From Fonticula alba ATCC 38817 (Eukaryota > Protista > Nucleariida), in the NCBI GenBank assembly GCA_000388065.2, contig KB932204.1: a stretch of DNA of 54,964 bases. One strand, given 5' to 3'. A model generated the notes under the pieces. That model searched no databases and was not told the DNA's origin. It was given only the letters and a program-made list of their open reading frames with translations. Of the stretch, positions 44,010-54,964 are shown one piece after another. Each line of letters begins with the position of its first letter. Positions within the stretch are counted from its first letter, which is position 1. Both the position numbers and the translations under genes were made by a program.

Positions 44010-45982
44010 ATGTCCTCGGCTCGGGCTCCTCGCGGGGGGCGCCCCCCGACCCCCGGGCCGGCGGCTACCGCCACTGCCGCGGCGAAGGCCTCCTCCCGGC
44101 GCCTTCAGTCTTTCTTGTCACAAATGCCCTCGGAGTCCAGTGAGCGGACTCTCCTACAACGGTACCCTCCCTTTCGTGCTCTTGCCTGCGAGGATGTCCA
44201 CCTCCTCACTGCCGGACGACTCACCATCCCCCAAACTCCATCCAACTCTCTCCCTCTCTCTCTCTCTCTCCCCCGCTCCCCTGCCGCCAGGTTGAATGCC
44301 TGCTTTCAGCTCGTCCAAATCCCCCCGGAGGAGCTGGACCCCGAGTCCCGATCGTTGTACGCCCTGCGGCACATCCTGCAGCAGCGCCATATCGGGCGCC
44401 GTGCATCGGGCTCCGGCAGTTCCAGCCCTGTCCTCCGCCATTCGGACCGGCGGTCCGTCTCGCCGGGGCCCGTCTCCCCCGGGTCGCAGACTCTGCAACC
44501 CGGTGACCGGGGCTTCGCGGCGGCCGCCCTGCGGCGCACCCTTCAGGAACTTCTGGACGCCGGCGGCAGCGGCCCCGGCCTCCTGCAAACCGGTGCGATT
44601 CTCGGTCGCTGGACGCCTCCACCGGCCCCGGGCCATGGGGGCGGGGATCTCGGCGAGGGGCTTCCCCCCGGTGACCCGGCCTCCGATTCGGGCTCCGAGT
44701 CCGACACCGAGTCCGGCACCTTCTCCCAGCGTCTGCACACCACGGCCGAGGCCGAGGTGTCCTTCAAGCGCCGGTCCGGATCGGCCATGGCCTCGACCAT
44801 GTCACCTCCCCCCCCGGCCGACATCATTCGATGTCCCCCTCGCGGCTGGCGGCCCCAGTTGTCGAGCTCGGCCAAAAGTGTCACCTTCCTGGTCCGGCGC
44901 CGGAATTTCACCGAGCGCGCCCTCGGCGTCAACCGCCTGGCCATCGTACGTGCTCATGCGTGCCGGGCTCCCGTCCCTCCGCCGTATCTCCCCCTGGCCG
45001 CCGGCTGTCGATTGATGCTGACTCTGGTGGTTGTTGGATTTTTCGTCTTTGACCATGTACCCAGCCGGGGCCGGTGATCTCTCCCCTTTCGCGGAAGATC
45101 CTGCCGGCATACATTCTGCGCGATCGACTGGATGGCCCCGGTTCGCGGGTCCCCCCGAAGCTGGCCCTCCTCCGGGAGGTGCAGCAATTTTTCCACGGCC
45201 CCTCCCGGCTACGAGGGACCCTGGACTTCGGCGCGGCGAATCCCCTGCTCCTGGGCCTCCATGTGACCGGCGCCGGTGGGCCCGACGCCGAGTTCCACCC
45301 GGTTCCCCTGCAAACCCTGGATTACATGCACTTCCGCGAGGAGCATCTGAAGCAGGTGAATGCCCTGCTGGCGGCATGCTTCTGGCCCGGGATTGACAGT
45401 ACGTTCATTGGAGGGGGGGGGGGGTGCTCGCCGTGCGCCCACCACTTCCGCCCCGCCCGATGCCACCTGTTGCCGGCCACATCTGCTAATCTCCATCTCC
45501 GTCGGATCCCCCCCCCCCCTCGCTCCCCGGCCATAGTGTCCGATGCCCTGGACTACCCGGACCATACGGTGGTCATCGTGTATGGGCGCCTGGTGGTGGC
45601 CTGTGCATTTTTGTCCCCGCCGCCACCCGGCTCCCCTCCGACCACGCCGATGTACCTGGCCTTCCTGTGTGTGCACCCGGAGTGGCGCCGTGCCGGCCTG
45701 GCCAAGCGCATGCTGGCCCTGCTGCTGCTCGGGGCCCCGCCCGGGCGGGATGTCACGCTCCATGTGTCGCCGGAAAACCCGGCCATGCTGCTGTACCAGG
45801 GGATGGGCTTCAAGTGTGACCAGTTTGTCTTTGGCTTCTTCCATGCCGTGGCCAAGACCCTGGCCGGGACGGTGCTCGACTCGGAGCCGGGGGTTGTCTC
45901 GTGGGACGGCATCAGCGGGGGCTTTCGTGCCGACGCCAGTGCCAGTCGGCGCAATGCCTTCCTGATGCGTCTTCGGCGGTAG
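44010..45982 (+). CDS. KAT14: KAT14/CSRP2BP (ATAC2)-like GNAT lysine acetyltransferase; start uncertain
   Basis: VISPLSRKILPAYILRD...PPKLALLREV; LDYMHFREEHLKQVNALLAACFWPGID|MSDALDYPDHTVVIVYGRLVVACAF; YLAFLCVHPEWRRAGLA; DVTLHVSPENPAMLLYQGMGFK; ends NAFLMRLRR-stop. Human KAT14 has FFWPGIDLSECLQYPDFSVV, VHPEWRRAGIA, DVTLHVSASNPAMLLYQKFGFK and HAFFLRLRR. Introns 44162-44290, 44946-45064 and 45399-45536. Confidence 0.9.
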
Positions 45983-46323
45983 CCATGTGTGTCCCCGACC
46001 CGGCGCCTGGGGCCCCGGCTGGTGGGCATCTTCTTCACATCCTCAAAACAACACCGGCATGCCTTCCGAGCATGTCGCCATGTCCCCAAATCCCAGGCAG
46101 TGGTGTATTGCACGTCGAGCGGGCGAGGAGCCCGCGCGGGCCCGGGAGCAGAGGGGACTGAGGACAAAGGGGAGGAGAGCGAGCAGGCATGCCGTCGCCC
46201 GGTCTATCGGGATGTTTCCAGGGGAGTGGATTGAGGGAGAGAGAGAAAGAGGGAGAGGAAGGGGAGGGAAAGTGGATGGAGAGGGGGCGCAAGGGCAACA
46301 GGGGAAGGCCCCGGCATGCCGCA

Positions 46324-47262
46324 TCAGAGGTCGCAGCTGTGCAAACGGGACTCGGCCCGGAGGGCAGCCATGGCGGCCTCGATATCCTGGCAGTTCCGGG
46401 AGGAAGCCCCGGGAGATGCGCCGCGAGCACCGGCAGACAGGGACTCGAGCACCGCCGGGGTGCCGGGCACCGCCGGGAGTGCCCCCAGGTCCTGGAGAAG
46501 ATCCGCATCCTGGGCCGCCTGCAGCGGGTCGGCCAGCTGGTGCGGCCAGGCCGGTCCGGGGCAGGCATTCGGGGTCCCCTCGGCGGCCAGCAGGGCCAGG
46601 CACCCGGAGGAAAGGGGCTGCATCCGGCAGCACAGCTCCAGGGTGACCGGCTGGCTGCGGGACACGGACCAGCGCGAGACGGTGGCCAGCCCGGCCGGCG
46701 CCCCGAGCAGTCCCAGCAGCAGGGCCGCCTCGAACAGCGGCCAGAGGCCGCGCCAGGAGGCCGGAACCGGCTTGGAGTCCGGCCCGCCGGCGGCGGGCAC
46801 CTCGGCCGGGAAGAGCTCGGACCACCAGCGAAGGTACCGCTGGCGCTGGTACCAAACCTGGTAGTCGTACTCGAAGAGCAGGCGGATGGCCCTCGGCCGG
46901 TGGGCCTCCGGCACCAGGAAGCCGAAAGTCCCGGCGATGATCGGCAGCAGGAGGATCACCACCAAGAGCAGGGACCACCAGCGGGCCACCAGGAAAAGCC
47001 CGGCCACCGGCCGCGGCGCAAACATGTGCATCAGGAAGAGCCCGCCCGCCATGGGGGCCCAGACCAGCCGGGCCAGGGCGACGAGGATGGCAAACTGCGG
47101 CTCCGGGCCGTAGGGGTTCGGCCGGTCCTTCAGTTCCTCCACCGGGGGGAGGGGCTCCTCGGCGTCATCGGCGTGGTCCTCGGCGTCGGCATTCCGCCGT
47201 CCGGGGACAAACGACTGCACCCACGAGATGAGGGAGTGCAGCTTCTCGCTGGTCGTGGACAT
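46324..47262 (-). CDS. Hypothetical membrane protein, apparently intronless, 312 aa, 2-4 hydrophobic segments
   Basis: ATG 47262 opens MSTTSEKLHSLISWV... with the same C/G-ending codon usage as the neighbouring genes. Hydrophobic stretches FAILVALARLVWAPMAGGLFLMHMF, WWSLLLVVILLLPIIAGTFGFLV and LWPLFEAALLLGLLGAPAGL. I recognise no family. Confidence 0.65.
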   Translation of the reverse strand: MSTTSEKLHSLISWVQSFVPGRRNADAEDHADDAEEPLPPVEELKDRPNPYGPEPQFAILVALARLVWAPMAGGLFLMHMFAPRPVAGLFLVARWWSLLLVVILLLPIIAGTFGFLVPEAHRPRAIRLLFEYDYQVWYQRQRYLRWWSELFPAEVPAAGGPDSKPVPASWRGLWPLFEAALLLGLLGAPAGLATVSRWSVSRSQPVTLELCCRMQPLSSGCLALLAAEGTPNACPGPAWPHQLADPLQAAQDADLLQDLGALPAVPGTPAVLESLSAGARGASPGASSRNCQDIEAAMAALRAESRLHSCDL

Positions 47263-48059
47263 CTTCGGGGAGGATGCGCCGTGGCGATGTGTAGGCGGGT
47301 TTAGCGGGAAAGCGGGAAGGGCGNNNNNNNNNNNNNNNNNNNNNNNNNNNNNNNNNNNNNNNNNNNNNNNNNNNNNNNNNNNNNNNNNNNNNNNNNNNNN
47401 NNNNNNNNNNNNNNNNNNNNNNNNNNNNNNNNNNNNNNNNNNNNNNNNNNNNNNNNNNNNNNNNNNNNNNNNNNNNNNNNNNNNNNNNNNNNNNNNNNNN
47501 NNNNNNNNNNNNNNNNNNNNNNNCCCCCCCCCCCCACACACACAGACCCCCATCACTCATCAGCCGGATGGGTTTGATTAAGCAACTGGGAGGGGATCAT
47601 CAGGATGCCGGAGCGTTCTGGCACGGCCGCCAGATGCCAATCTTCGCGCGTCTTCGGTGGCACCTGGCGGGGGCGAATCCCGAAAACCGCTCTCGCTGGT
47701 GCCTCAGGGACAACCCCGCGAAATGGGCCCTCCCTGCGGTGGCTGTCCGCGCCCGCCTGGCGGAGAGCCGGCCACCCCGCTCCTCTTTCCTCGGCCCCCC
47801 CCCCCCTCCCCTCCCTCCCCTTTCCGCGCGCGCGCGCGCACACACACGCACTGGGACCAGCCTCCGCGCCACCTCTTCCCCGACCCTCCACGCCCCCGCC
47901 CTTTCGATCTCGCCCGCCGCTCGGCCCCCGACTGTCGCCTCTTTCCGCCCTGCGGAGCGCGCGTCCTGGCGCGCGTGTCCCACCTCCCTCCCTCCCTCCC
48001 TCTCTCTCTCTCTCTCCCTCCTCGCTCCCTTTCGCCCCTCCTCCTCTCGGCGGTTGTAA

Positions 48060-51000
48060 ATGGCCAACGCGCCGCCGAATCCCCTCCCGCCGGCGACGGC
48101 CCCCGTGGCCCGGACATGGCCACAGCCTGGCGGCCGGGCGGCAGCGCCGGCCGGCGGGAGACCCGCCTCCTCGGGGCCGGTCGCGCGACCGGCATCGGCT
48201 CCAGGGCCCACCCCGCCCCGGTTGGCGAATCAGCAGCCGCAGCAGTCTCCCGGGCTGGCATCCATCCTGCATGTGGTGGACCTGTTGTGCCTGTTGCGGG
48301 CGGTGCTGGAGGCCGGGCCGCCGCTTTGGTGGGCCGGCGGCGTCCAGCCGGATGACCACTTTTCCGGGGACTTCCTGCAGGAGGTTTGGCTGGGGGTGGC
48401 TCGGCGCGTGGCCGAGGTCACCGGCGACGAGGAGGCGGCCGTGGCGGCGTTCGCCCCGCAGCCGACTCCCCCGGGATCCGGCACCCCGCCGCACCCGTTG
48501 TCCCCCTTCGCCGTTGGCGACCTCCTGGCGTCCGAGGCTGACGCCGAGCTCCTCGGGGGCGAGCTCCTGGCCGGGATCCGCTCCACGGCCGAGCTCTACC
48601 TCCGGACGCCGGCATACGGCCAGCTGTATCGGCGTCTGGTGGGGGATTTCGCTCGAACTGCATCTGTTCCGACCGAGCTCCGCCTGCCGCCGGGAAGCCA
48701 TCTGCGCCCGCGGACCGGGGGCCCCGTATCACCGGTGGTTCGTCTTTCGTGCCCTCGTCCGCCTCCCGGAGGGCTGCCCTGTGGCGCGGCCTCTGTGTGT
48801 TTGTGCTAATCCCCCGCTCTTCCCTCCTCCCTCCTCCCTCCCTCCCCCCCCTCTTCACCGGCCTCCTCTGCTCTGGCCGCCTTCCCTTTTTTCTTCCCGC
48901 CTCTTCTTCCTGCCCAGCAATGCTGGCGGACCTTCTCCGCCCTGGTGGCAGCCGAGACACCGGTGGACATGAGCCACACTCGCTTCCCGGCGACGCTGCC
49001 GCTGGGCCCCGCCGTCGACCGCGGGGCCCTCCTCCCCGCCATCCTGACTCGACTGCGCTTCCACCTGGCCTTCCAGCTGGCCGTTCTCCAGCGCCTCGAC
49101 GAGCTGGCCCTGGCCTCGGCATTGGAGCTGCGCCGTCAGTTGACGACCGGACCGGAGGTCGCCGACGCCGGCGCCGGCGGCTCGCCGCCCGGCCTGGCGG
49201 GCAGCCACCTGTCCCCCAAGCAGGTGGCTCAATTGCTGGCGTCCTTGCAATCGGCCGATCCGAACCCCCCGGCCCTGGCATTGCTGCCCTTCTCGGCGAG
49301 CCTGCTCCGACGCCCAGGCGAGTCTCTCTCGTCCGAGCGCCTGCCGGCCTGGCCGCCGGCCGTCGCGCAGGACGTCCTGCATTTTGGCCCGCCGGCCTCC
49401 GAGGCCGTGGCCATCTCGATGGATCTGGACTCCTCGCGTGGGCCTCCTGCCGGTGCGTCAAGCGGCATGGGGCTTCTTCCACCGGCTCCTCGGTGCACCC
49501 CTTCGTGGCTAACATGTGACCGATGGCCTTTCGCCATGCCGCGCAGTGACTCCCTCGGTGTCGCGCCCTACCACGGCCCCGGCGCCCATGGCCGTGGACC
49601 CTGCCCCGGCGCCGGCGGCCCCCCCGGCGGCTGGGGGCTCCCTGCCCTCGGCGGAGGGCGCGCCCCAGGCCACGGGTACCGAGCGGCCTGGGCCCTCGTC
49701 CCCGCCCCCGGGCGAGCCTCGCCGCGCCGTGTCGCCCTCCTCTCCACCACCCAAGTCCGTGGGATCATCCCCGCCCGGGCGCGGGTCGCCTGGGTCAGCC
49801 CCGCCAAGTCCCGACACAGCGAAGGAGTCCCCGGGGCCGGCATCGCCGCCGGACAGCGAGGCGACCCCCCCCAAGCCGGCGGCCGATCCTGGCCCTGTCC
49901 CCCGGAAGGCTCCCCGGCACACTCCCGAGCCCAAGTCGCCGGCAGCCAGTGGCCCATCCTCCGGGCCGGCGGTCGGTCCTTTGCCCGCGGCGGCCGGCGC
50001 CGCGCACGATGGCGAAGCCATGGCGCGGCCCCTCCCCGAATCGGGGCTGGAGTCAAGGTCGGCCCCGGGGCCGGCCTCGCAGTTGTCTCCCATGGCCACC
50101 CCCGAGGCCAAGCCCGAATCCGAGCCTGAGCCCGAGGCCGTGCTCGGTCCTGAGCCGGCGGCTGTCCTTGCTGCCGCACCAAAAGCCGTGCCCGAGTCTG
50201 TGCCCGAGTCTGCGCCCGAGTCTGCGCCCGAGTCTGTGCCCGAGTCTGTGCCCGAGGCCGTGTCCGAGGCCGTGTCCGAGGCCGTGTCCGAGGCCGTGCC
50301 CGAGTCTGTGTCCGAGGCCGGGCTCGCATCTGATGCCAACGCCAAGCCTGAGCTCGAGCCCACGGCCAAGCCCGAGGCAGGACCCGGACTCGAGCCGGAG
50401 ACCGGCACACCCTCCGGGCCGGGCCCCGAGTCAAGCCCTGTGTCCCCCTCTGCCGACCCGGAGGGGCCCCCGCCAGCTGACCGCAGTGCGAGTGACAGCG
50501 ACGCGGACATGCAGGATGCAGAGCAGGGCTCCCTCGACAGCCTTGAATCCGTGCCGGCGCCTGATCCAACCAAGCATGTGGCATCGGCGGCACCGGCCGC
50601 GGACGGGGCCTCGACCCCGGCGGTGGCCAGCGCCCCGACATCGCCTTCTCGGACAGCCTCGCCTTCGTCGACGCCCCCGGCAACGCGGCCAGCTGGGCCC
50701 GCCGGCCCTGCCACCCTCGCGCCGGCCTCTGACGTCTCCATGGCCGATGTCCCCGAGGCCGATGACGCCGGGGCTTCGACCGGTGTGGCCGATGTCCCGA
50801 TGGCTGATGCCGCCGTGGCCGGCCAGGCGGCGAGCGAGGCGGCTGTGGCTGGCTCCGCCGGAAGTGAGCCCCCTCCTGAGGATGTCTCCGTGACGGCCGG
50901 CCCGCCGGGCGCTGTTCCGCCGGTCGCCATCTCACCCGCCGAGGACCTTTCCCCTCCTGATGTCACCATGGCCGATGCCCCGGTGGCCGGCGCGCCGGTG

Positions 51001-53839
51001 GCCCATGGTCCTGTTGAGGCGGCCGAGCGTGGCGAGATGGTGCCCGAGGCCGAGGGCCCCGACGAGCCCGCAGCCGGTGGCACCGCCGCCGGCCTCTCCA
51101 CAACTGCTGCCCCCGCAGCTGACGCGCCGCCGGCCAAGACGGTCACGGATGAGGCCGACAAGGAGGCCGATGCCCAGTCCACCGAATCTGGCCACTCCGC
51201 CATGGAGCCTCCCGAGACCGAGGCGCCTGCCGCCGGGCCCTCCGCCCTTGGCGTCCCTGCATCTGCGGCCCCTGAAGGTGAAGCACCTGCTGCCGAGCCA
51301 CCTGTGGAGGGGGTGCCTCATTCCGAGCCACCTGCCGCGAGGGTGCCTGTGGACGAGGCCCCTGCAGCCGAGGTGCCTGCCGCCGAGATTGTTACCCCCG
51401 AGACCCCTGCCGCCGAGACTCCCACCGCCGAGACTCCCACCGCCGAGACCCCTGCCGCCGAGACCCCTGCCGCCGAGATCCCCACCCCCGGCGCCACGGT
51501 GCCGGAGGACCCCACAACCGGGACTCCAGCCGATAGCTCGTCTCCTGTCGAGCCACCGAGTGCAGCTGCCCCTGCCGCCGACGAGCCCATGCCTGTAGAC
51601 ACCCCCGGCGGCCCTCCATCGCCGAGCGTCCCCGACAGCGATGCCGGCGCCAAGGAGGCCGATGATGAGGAGGACGTCCCAGGACCGGCTGCTGCGTCGG
51701 GAAGTCCGGCCCCTGGGCCGGCTGCTCGGGACCCGACCCCGGCCTCGGCTGTTGACAGCTCCGCCGGGGGATTGGCCCCCGAGGGCCCCGAGCAGCCGGC
51801 TGCGGAGGTGCCGGCTTCCTCGACGGTGGCGCCCGGCGGGGGTGGCACTTTCACCGACGCCAGCCGGGGGGCGGCCCCCTCAGGGTCGGCACTCTCCTCG
51901 GAGTTGGCACACCGCACTGCCGGCGGCCAATCTGCAACGACCCCGGTCCCGGGCTCCGAGCCGACGGGCCATCTGTCGCCTCTTTTTAGCCCCATTTCCC
52001 CGGGGCCGGTGGCCGCTGAGGCGGAAGTCTCGGCCGCCGGCCGGCGCGAGCCGGCGCATGAGGGCCCCGCGCTCGGCGAGGAGGCGCCCTCGGACCGGCC
52101 GGCCGAGGTGAGCACCCGCAAGCGGGCTTCCTCCCCGTCGGACGCCGAAATGAGCGACGGCACCGCCTCGCCGGTCCCACCTTCCAAGCGTCCTCGGGCC
52201 GGGCTCTCCTCGCCCTCGCTCTCCGCCGCCCCGGCTGACCGCGACTCGAAGAAGTCCTCCGAGGAGGAGAGCCGCCGCATGCGGACCTTCCGCCGGACGG
52301 TGGCCATCCTGTTTGACCGTACGCCCCCCCCCCCCCTCCCCCCTTGCCTCCCTCCTGCCGGCACCTCTCGGTGCTCTTTCTTTTTGTCGATATGTCTCCT
52401 GACACCGAGTGGCAGAAATCCTGAATCTGCGCCATGCGCCGGTCTTCTCGAATCCGGTCAAGCCGGACCAGGCACCCCGCTATCACTCCACCATCCTGGC
52501 ACCGATCGACCTGCCGCAGGTCCGGCAGCGCATCACCGACAGCGTGCGTCCCTCTCCCCCCCTCCTCGTGCCCCCGCGCGCACACGCCTCCGCATGCACA
52601 CTCGTGCATGTTCCCCGCCACTGGCCCTCGATTCTGATGGGCTTTCTTCGGGTCCTGACCACACACCGACACACCCACACATCCACACACCCACACATCC
52701 ACACACTCACACACCCAAACACGCATCCACACACACCCACACCCACACCCACACCCACATATCCACACACCCACACTCACACACCCACACACCCACACGC
52801 ACCCACACACCCACACGCACCCACACACCCACACGCACCCACACACCCACAGCGCGTCCGCAACCTGGACGAACTTCACCGCGACGTGCTGCTGGTCTTT
52901 TCCAATGCATTGATGTACAATCCGGAGGTGCCGCCACCGCCGCCGCGAAAGATCAGCATCACGCCGGCCGCCCTGTCGCAGAGCACCTACTACGACTACT
53001 CCAGCGTCTCGGGCGGTGTGCACGCCATGGCCACCGAGATGTGGCACGGGTGCGAGCGTCTGATTGCGGCCTTCCGCGAGACGCAGCGCTCCAGCTCCGG
53101 GTCCAGCGCGGCGGCGGCCAACCTGGCCAGTCTGGTGCTCGCACACACCGGCGGGCTGGCCACCACGCGCCTCGATGATGCGACCCTCGGGGACATCCTG
53201 GCCTCGCTGCCGACCGATGTCTATCCCAATGAGTCGGAGCTGTTGATCTCCCTTTGCGAGAGTTTGGCCGAGGAGGTCTCGCCCGATGTCGCGGTACGTG
53301 CCGCGCCCTGCCGTGGCATCTGCCTGCCGCTCTCTTTCATCCATCCTTTCTCCTTATCTCTTTCCGTCTCTCTTTTTTCCTCGTCCCCTCTCCGTCCCTC
53401 CTCCCCCTTTCCCGTTCTCCGCGTGCCTTCTCCCCTGCACAACGTATCGCTGCTCCTTGGCCGTTCTCCTCGCCACCTCACACTCCGCCCCCTGCGCGAA
53501 CGTGACACTTCCACTCCCCCCCCCTCCCCCCCTCTCCCTGCCTGGCAGAACGAGGCCCCGGATGATTCGCAGTATTCCCAGCGGACACGCGGCCGGCGCC
53601 GGCGCGGGGCGTCGGTGTCGGCGCCGACGCGCGCGCCGCCGGTTCGGCGGACCCGTTCGTCCGCGACCGCGACCATCAGCGGCCCGGCCAGCGGCGCGCC
53701 GCCCTCCTCCCCGCGGCTGGATTCCCCGGTGCCAGACCCCCCGAGCGAGGGTGGCGACCATGGCGCGGAGGATGCGCCTGCTTCTGACACCGGGGCCGCA
53801 GCCGCTCGGCGTCGGCGAGCGTCCACCACGCAAAAGTAG
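48060..53839 (+). CDS. BRD8: BRD8-like bromodomain protein (NuA4/TIP60 subunit; Bdc1-like), predicted 1608 aa
   Basis: Exons 48060-48734, 48918-49437, 49547-52318, 52416-52543, 52853-53293 and 53549-53839 total 4827 nt in frame. The N-terminal ILHVVDLLCLLRAVLEAGPPLW...QCWRTFSALVAAETP parallels BRD8 WSIREKLCLASSVMRSGDQNW...HCASQYSELLETTETP. Bromodomain: RHAPVFSNPVKPDQAPRYHSTILAPIDL...ELHRDVLLVFSNALMYN...VHAMATEM. Confidence 0.85.
50188..50319 (+). repeat. Coding 12-bp minisatellite, 11 units (VPES/APES/VPEA/VSEA)
   Basis: G(T/C)G(C/T)CCGAG(TCT/GCC) units in BRD8 exon 3. Confidence 0.9.
51400..51474 (+). repeat. Coding 15-bp minisatellite, 5 units (ETPAA/ETPTA)
   Basis: GAGAC(C/T)CC(TG/CA)CCGCC units in BRD8 exon 3. 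Confidence 0.9.
52660..52850. repeat. Degenerate (CA/CCCACA) repeat array in a BRD8 intron
   Basis: About 190 nt made almost only of C and A, with an 18-nt cacacacccacacgcacc periodicity at the 3' end, leading into the acag acceptor. Confidence 0.85.
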
Positions 53840-54964
53840 GCCCCTCGTGTCGGGAGGCCGGTCACGCCGCACAAGAAATACACACAAACGCTTCCCTGCG
53901 CATGTGCCGGGTGTCGATGCGTCGTGGGGGTGGGGGTGCGCACGCGGTGCACCTGCGTCCCGCGGGCCATGGGGGACGCGCGCGCATGGGTCGGGCCGGG
54001 CCAGGCCGAGCATGTGGCAGGGGCGAACAAGGAGGGCGCTGGCCGGGCGGGAGGGGGGAGGGCAAGGAAGCCGGCAGGATCCCCCAGCTTCTGAGCCCCC
54101 GCCCCCGCCCCTCTCTCTGCTCATCCTCACGCGTGGAGATGGTCTCCCCTTTCCGACGGGCAGGGGGAGAGGGGGGAGGGTCGAGAGCGCGATCCGCCGG
54201 GCCCCCTTCTTCGCAAGGCCACAGGGAACAGGCCGAACGAGGAGGGGAACTAGGGGGCGGGGAGAGGGGGGGGGGGGGGGGTTGCCCCACTGGCGGAAGA
54301 AGGCTCGGGCTTCTTCACCCGCGGCCGGGCCAGATCCCGACGGACTCCGCTGGGTGGCGGTGCGCCCGCCGGTCCATCTTTCGCACTCCGGCCGCGCCGG
54401 CCCGGCCGCACGACAAGGAAGGATGGGCGCATGTCGCCGCGGTGCGCCCCCCCCCCCCCCCCCCCCCCCCCCCGGGGCGAAGAAGGCAAACGCCGCCGTG
54501 GCAGATCGGCGGAGCTTCTGCCCGGGCCGGGGCGAGGGAGCGGATCGTGAGAAAAAGAATGGCCGCCGGGGGCCGAGCTGAGGTGCCAGCGGGTGGCCCG
54601 GCCGCGGGTGGCCGGGCGGGGCGCGCGCACCGGCGGCAGGAGGGGAGCCCGCACCGGGGGGGCGGCCCTTGCGCAGGCACCTGTGTCCGGCTCCCCCGGC
54701 CTCCCCCGGCGAAGACGCCCGAAGACTTGCCGGCACGGGCGCCGGTCCGCCGGCCCGCCAGAGCCTTCGGCGCGCAGCCCCCCCCCCCCCCCCCCCGGCC
54801 GCTCTCTGCGCAGCCCCTGTATCTCCCCCCCCTGCCGTCCATATATTTGAATGTACCTCGACCTCGGCCGTGCAAGGGGCCGCATTCCAGCTGTTCCGTG
54901 ATGCGCGGGCCCGAGATTGGCCCGACTAAACGCTTGTCAGCGGGGAGGCCCGCCGCGGGGGGGG

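Noticed and set aside
39698-45982. A single WW-GNAT fusion gene
   Set aside because: The Kibra-like model has its own conserved end and stop at 43200, and KAT14 starts separately at about 44010.
1-54964. Hundreds of long overlapping six-frame ORFs (e.g. 1662..4289+, 15366..17618+, 19020..21695-, 40741..42705-, 49509..51203-)
   Set aside because: These are antisense or off-frame shadows of real GC-rich exons, or ORFs extended through N-runs and microsatellites. They have R/G/P/A-rich composition and no family motifs.

Overview
A GC-rich, intron-rich eukaryotic scaffold segment with 9 N-gaps, most flanked by G/C homopolymers. It is not prokaryotic, and I found no CRISPR array, rRNA, tRNA or transposase. 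Gene content and intron style point to a unicellular opisthokont on the fungal side; Fonticula alba is my best guess, which is inference only. Most long ORFs in the six-frame track are GC shadows. Manual splicing at GT(G/A/C)CG-type donors and YAG/AAG acceptors gives 13 protein-coding genes in this order: BRAT1(-), TTC27/Emw1(+), TMEM208/SND2(-), INTS7(-), DHTKD1(+), CsbD-like(-), V-ATPase G(-), LCB1/SPTLC1(-), RPN5/PSMD12(-), a Kibra/WWC-like tandem-WW protein(+), KAT14/CSRP2BP(+), an orphan membrane protein(-) and BRD8(+). Family calls come from remembered motif similarity, not database searches. The best find is the Kibra-like gene, which no single ORF shows. It has tandem WW domains with Kibra-type spacing, then coiled coil, and the C-terminal SFxExMxFF motif that appears only after splicing a 345-nt intron, but no C2 domain or PDZ-binding tail. 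The window also holds several other regulators usually studied in animals and absent from budding yeast: INTS7, its assembly factor BRAT1 with an intact C-terminal DCY motif, and KAT14.
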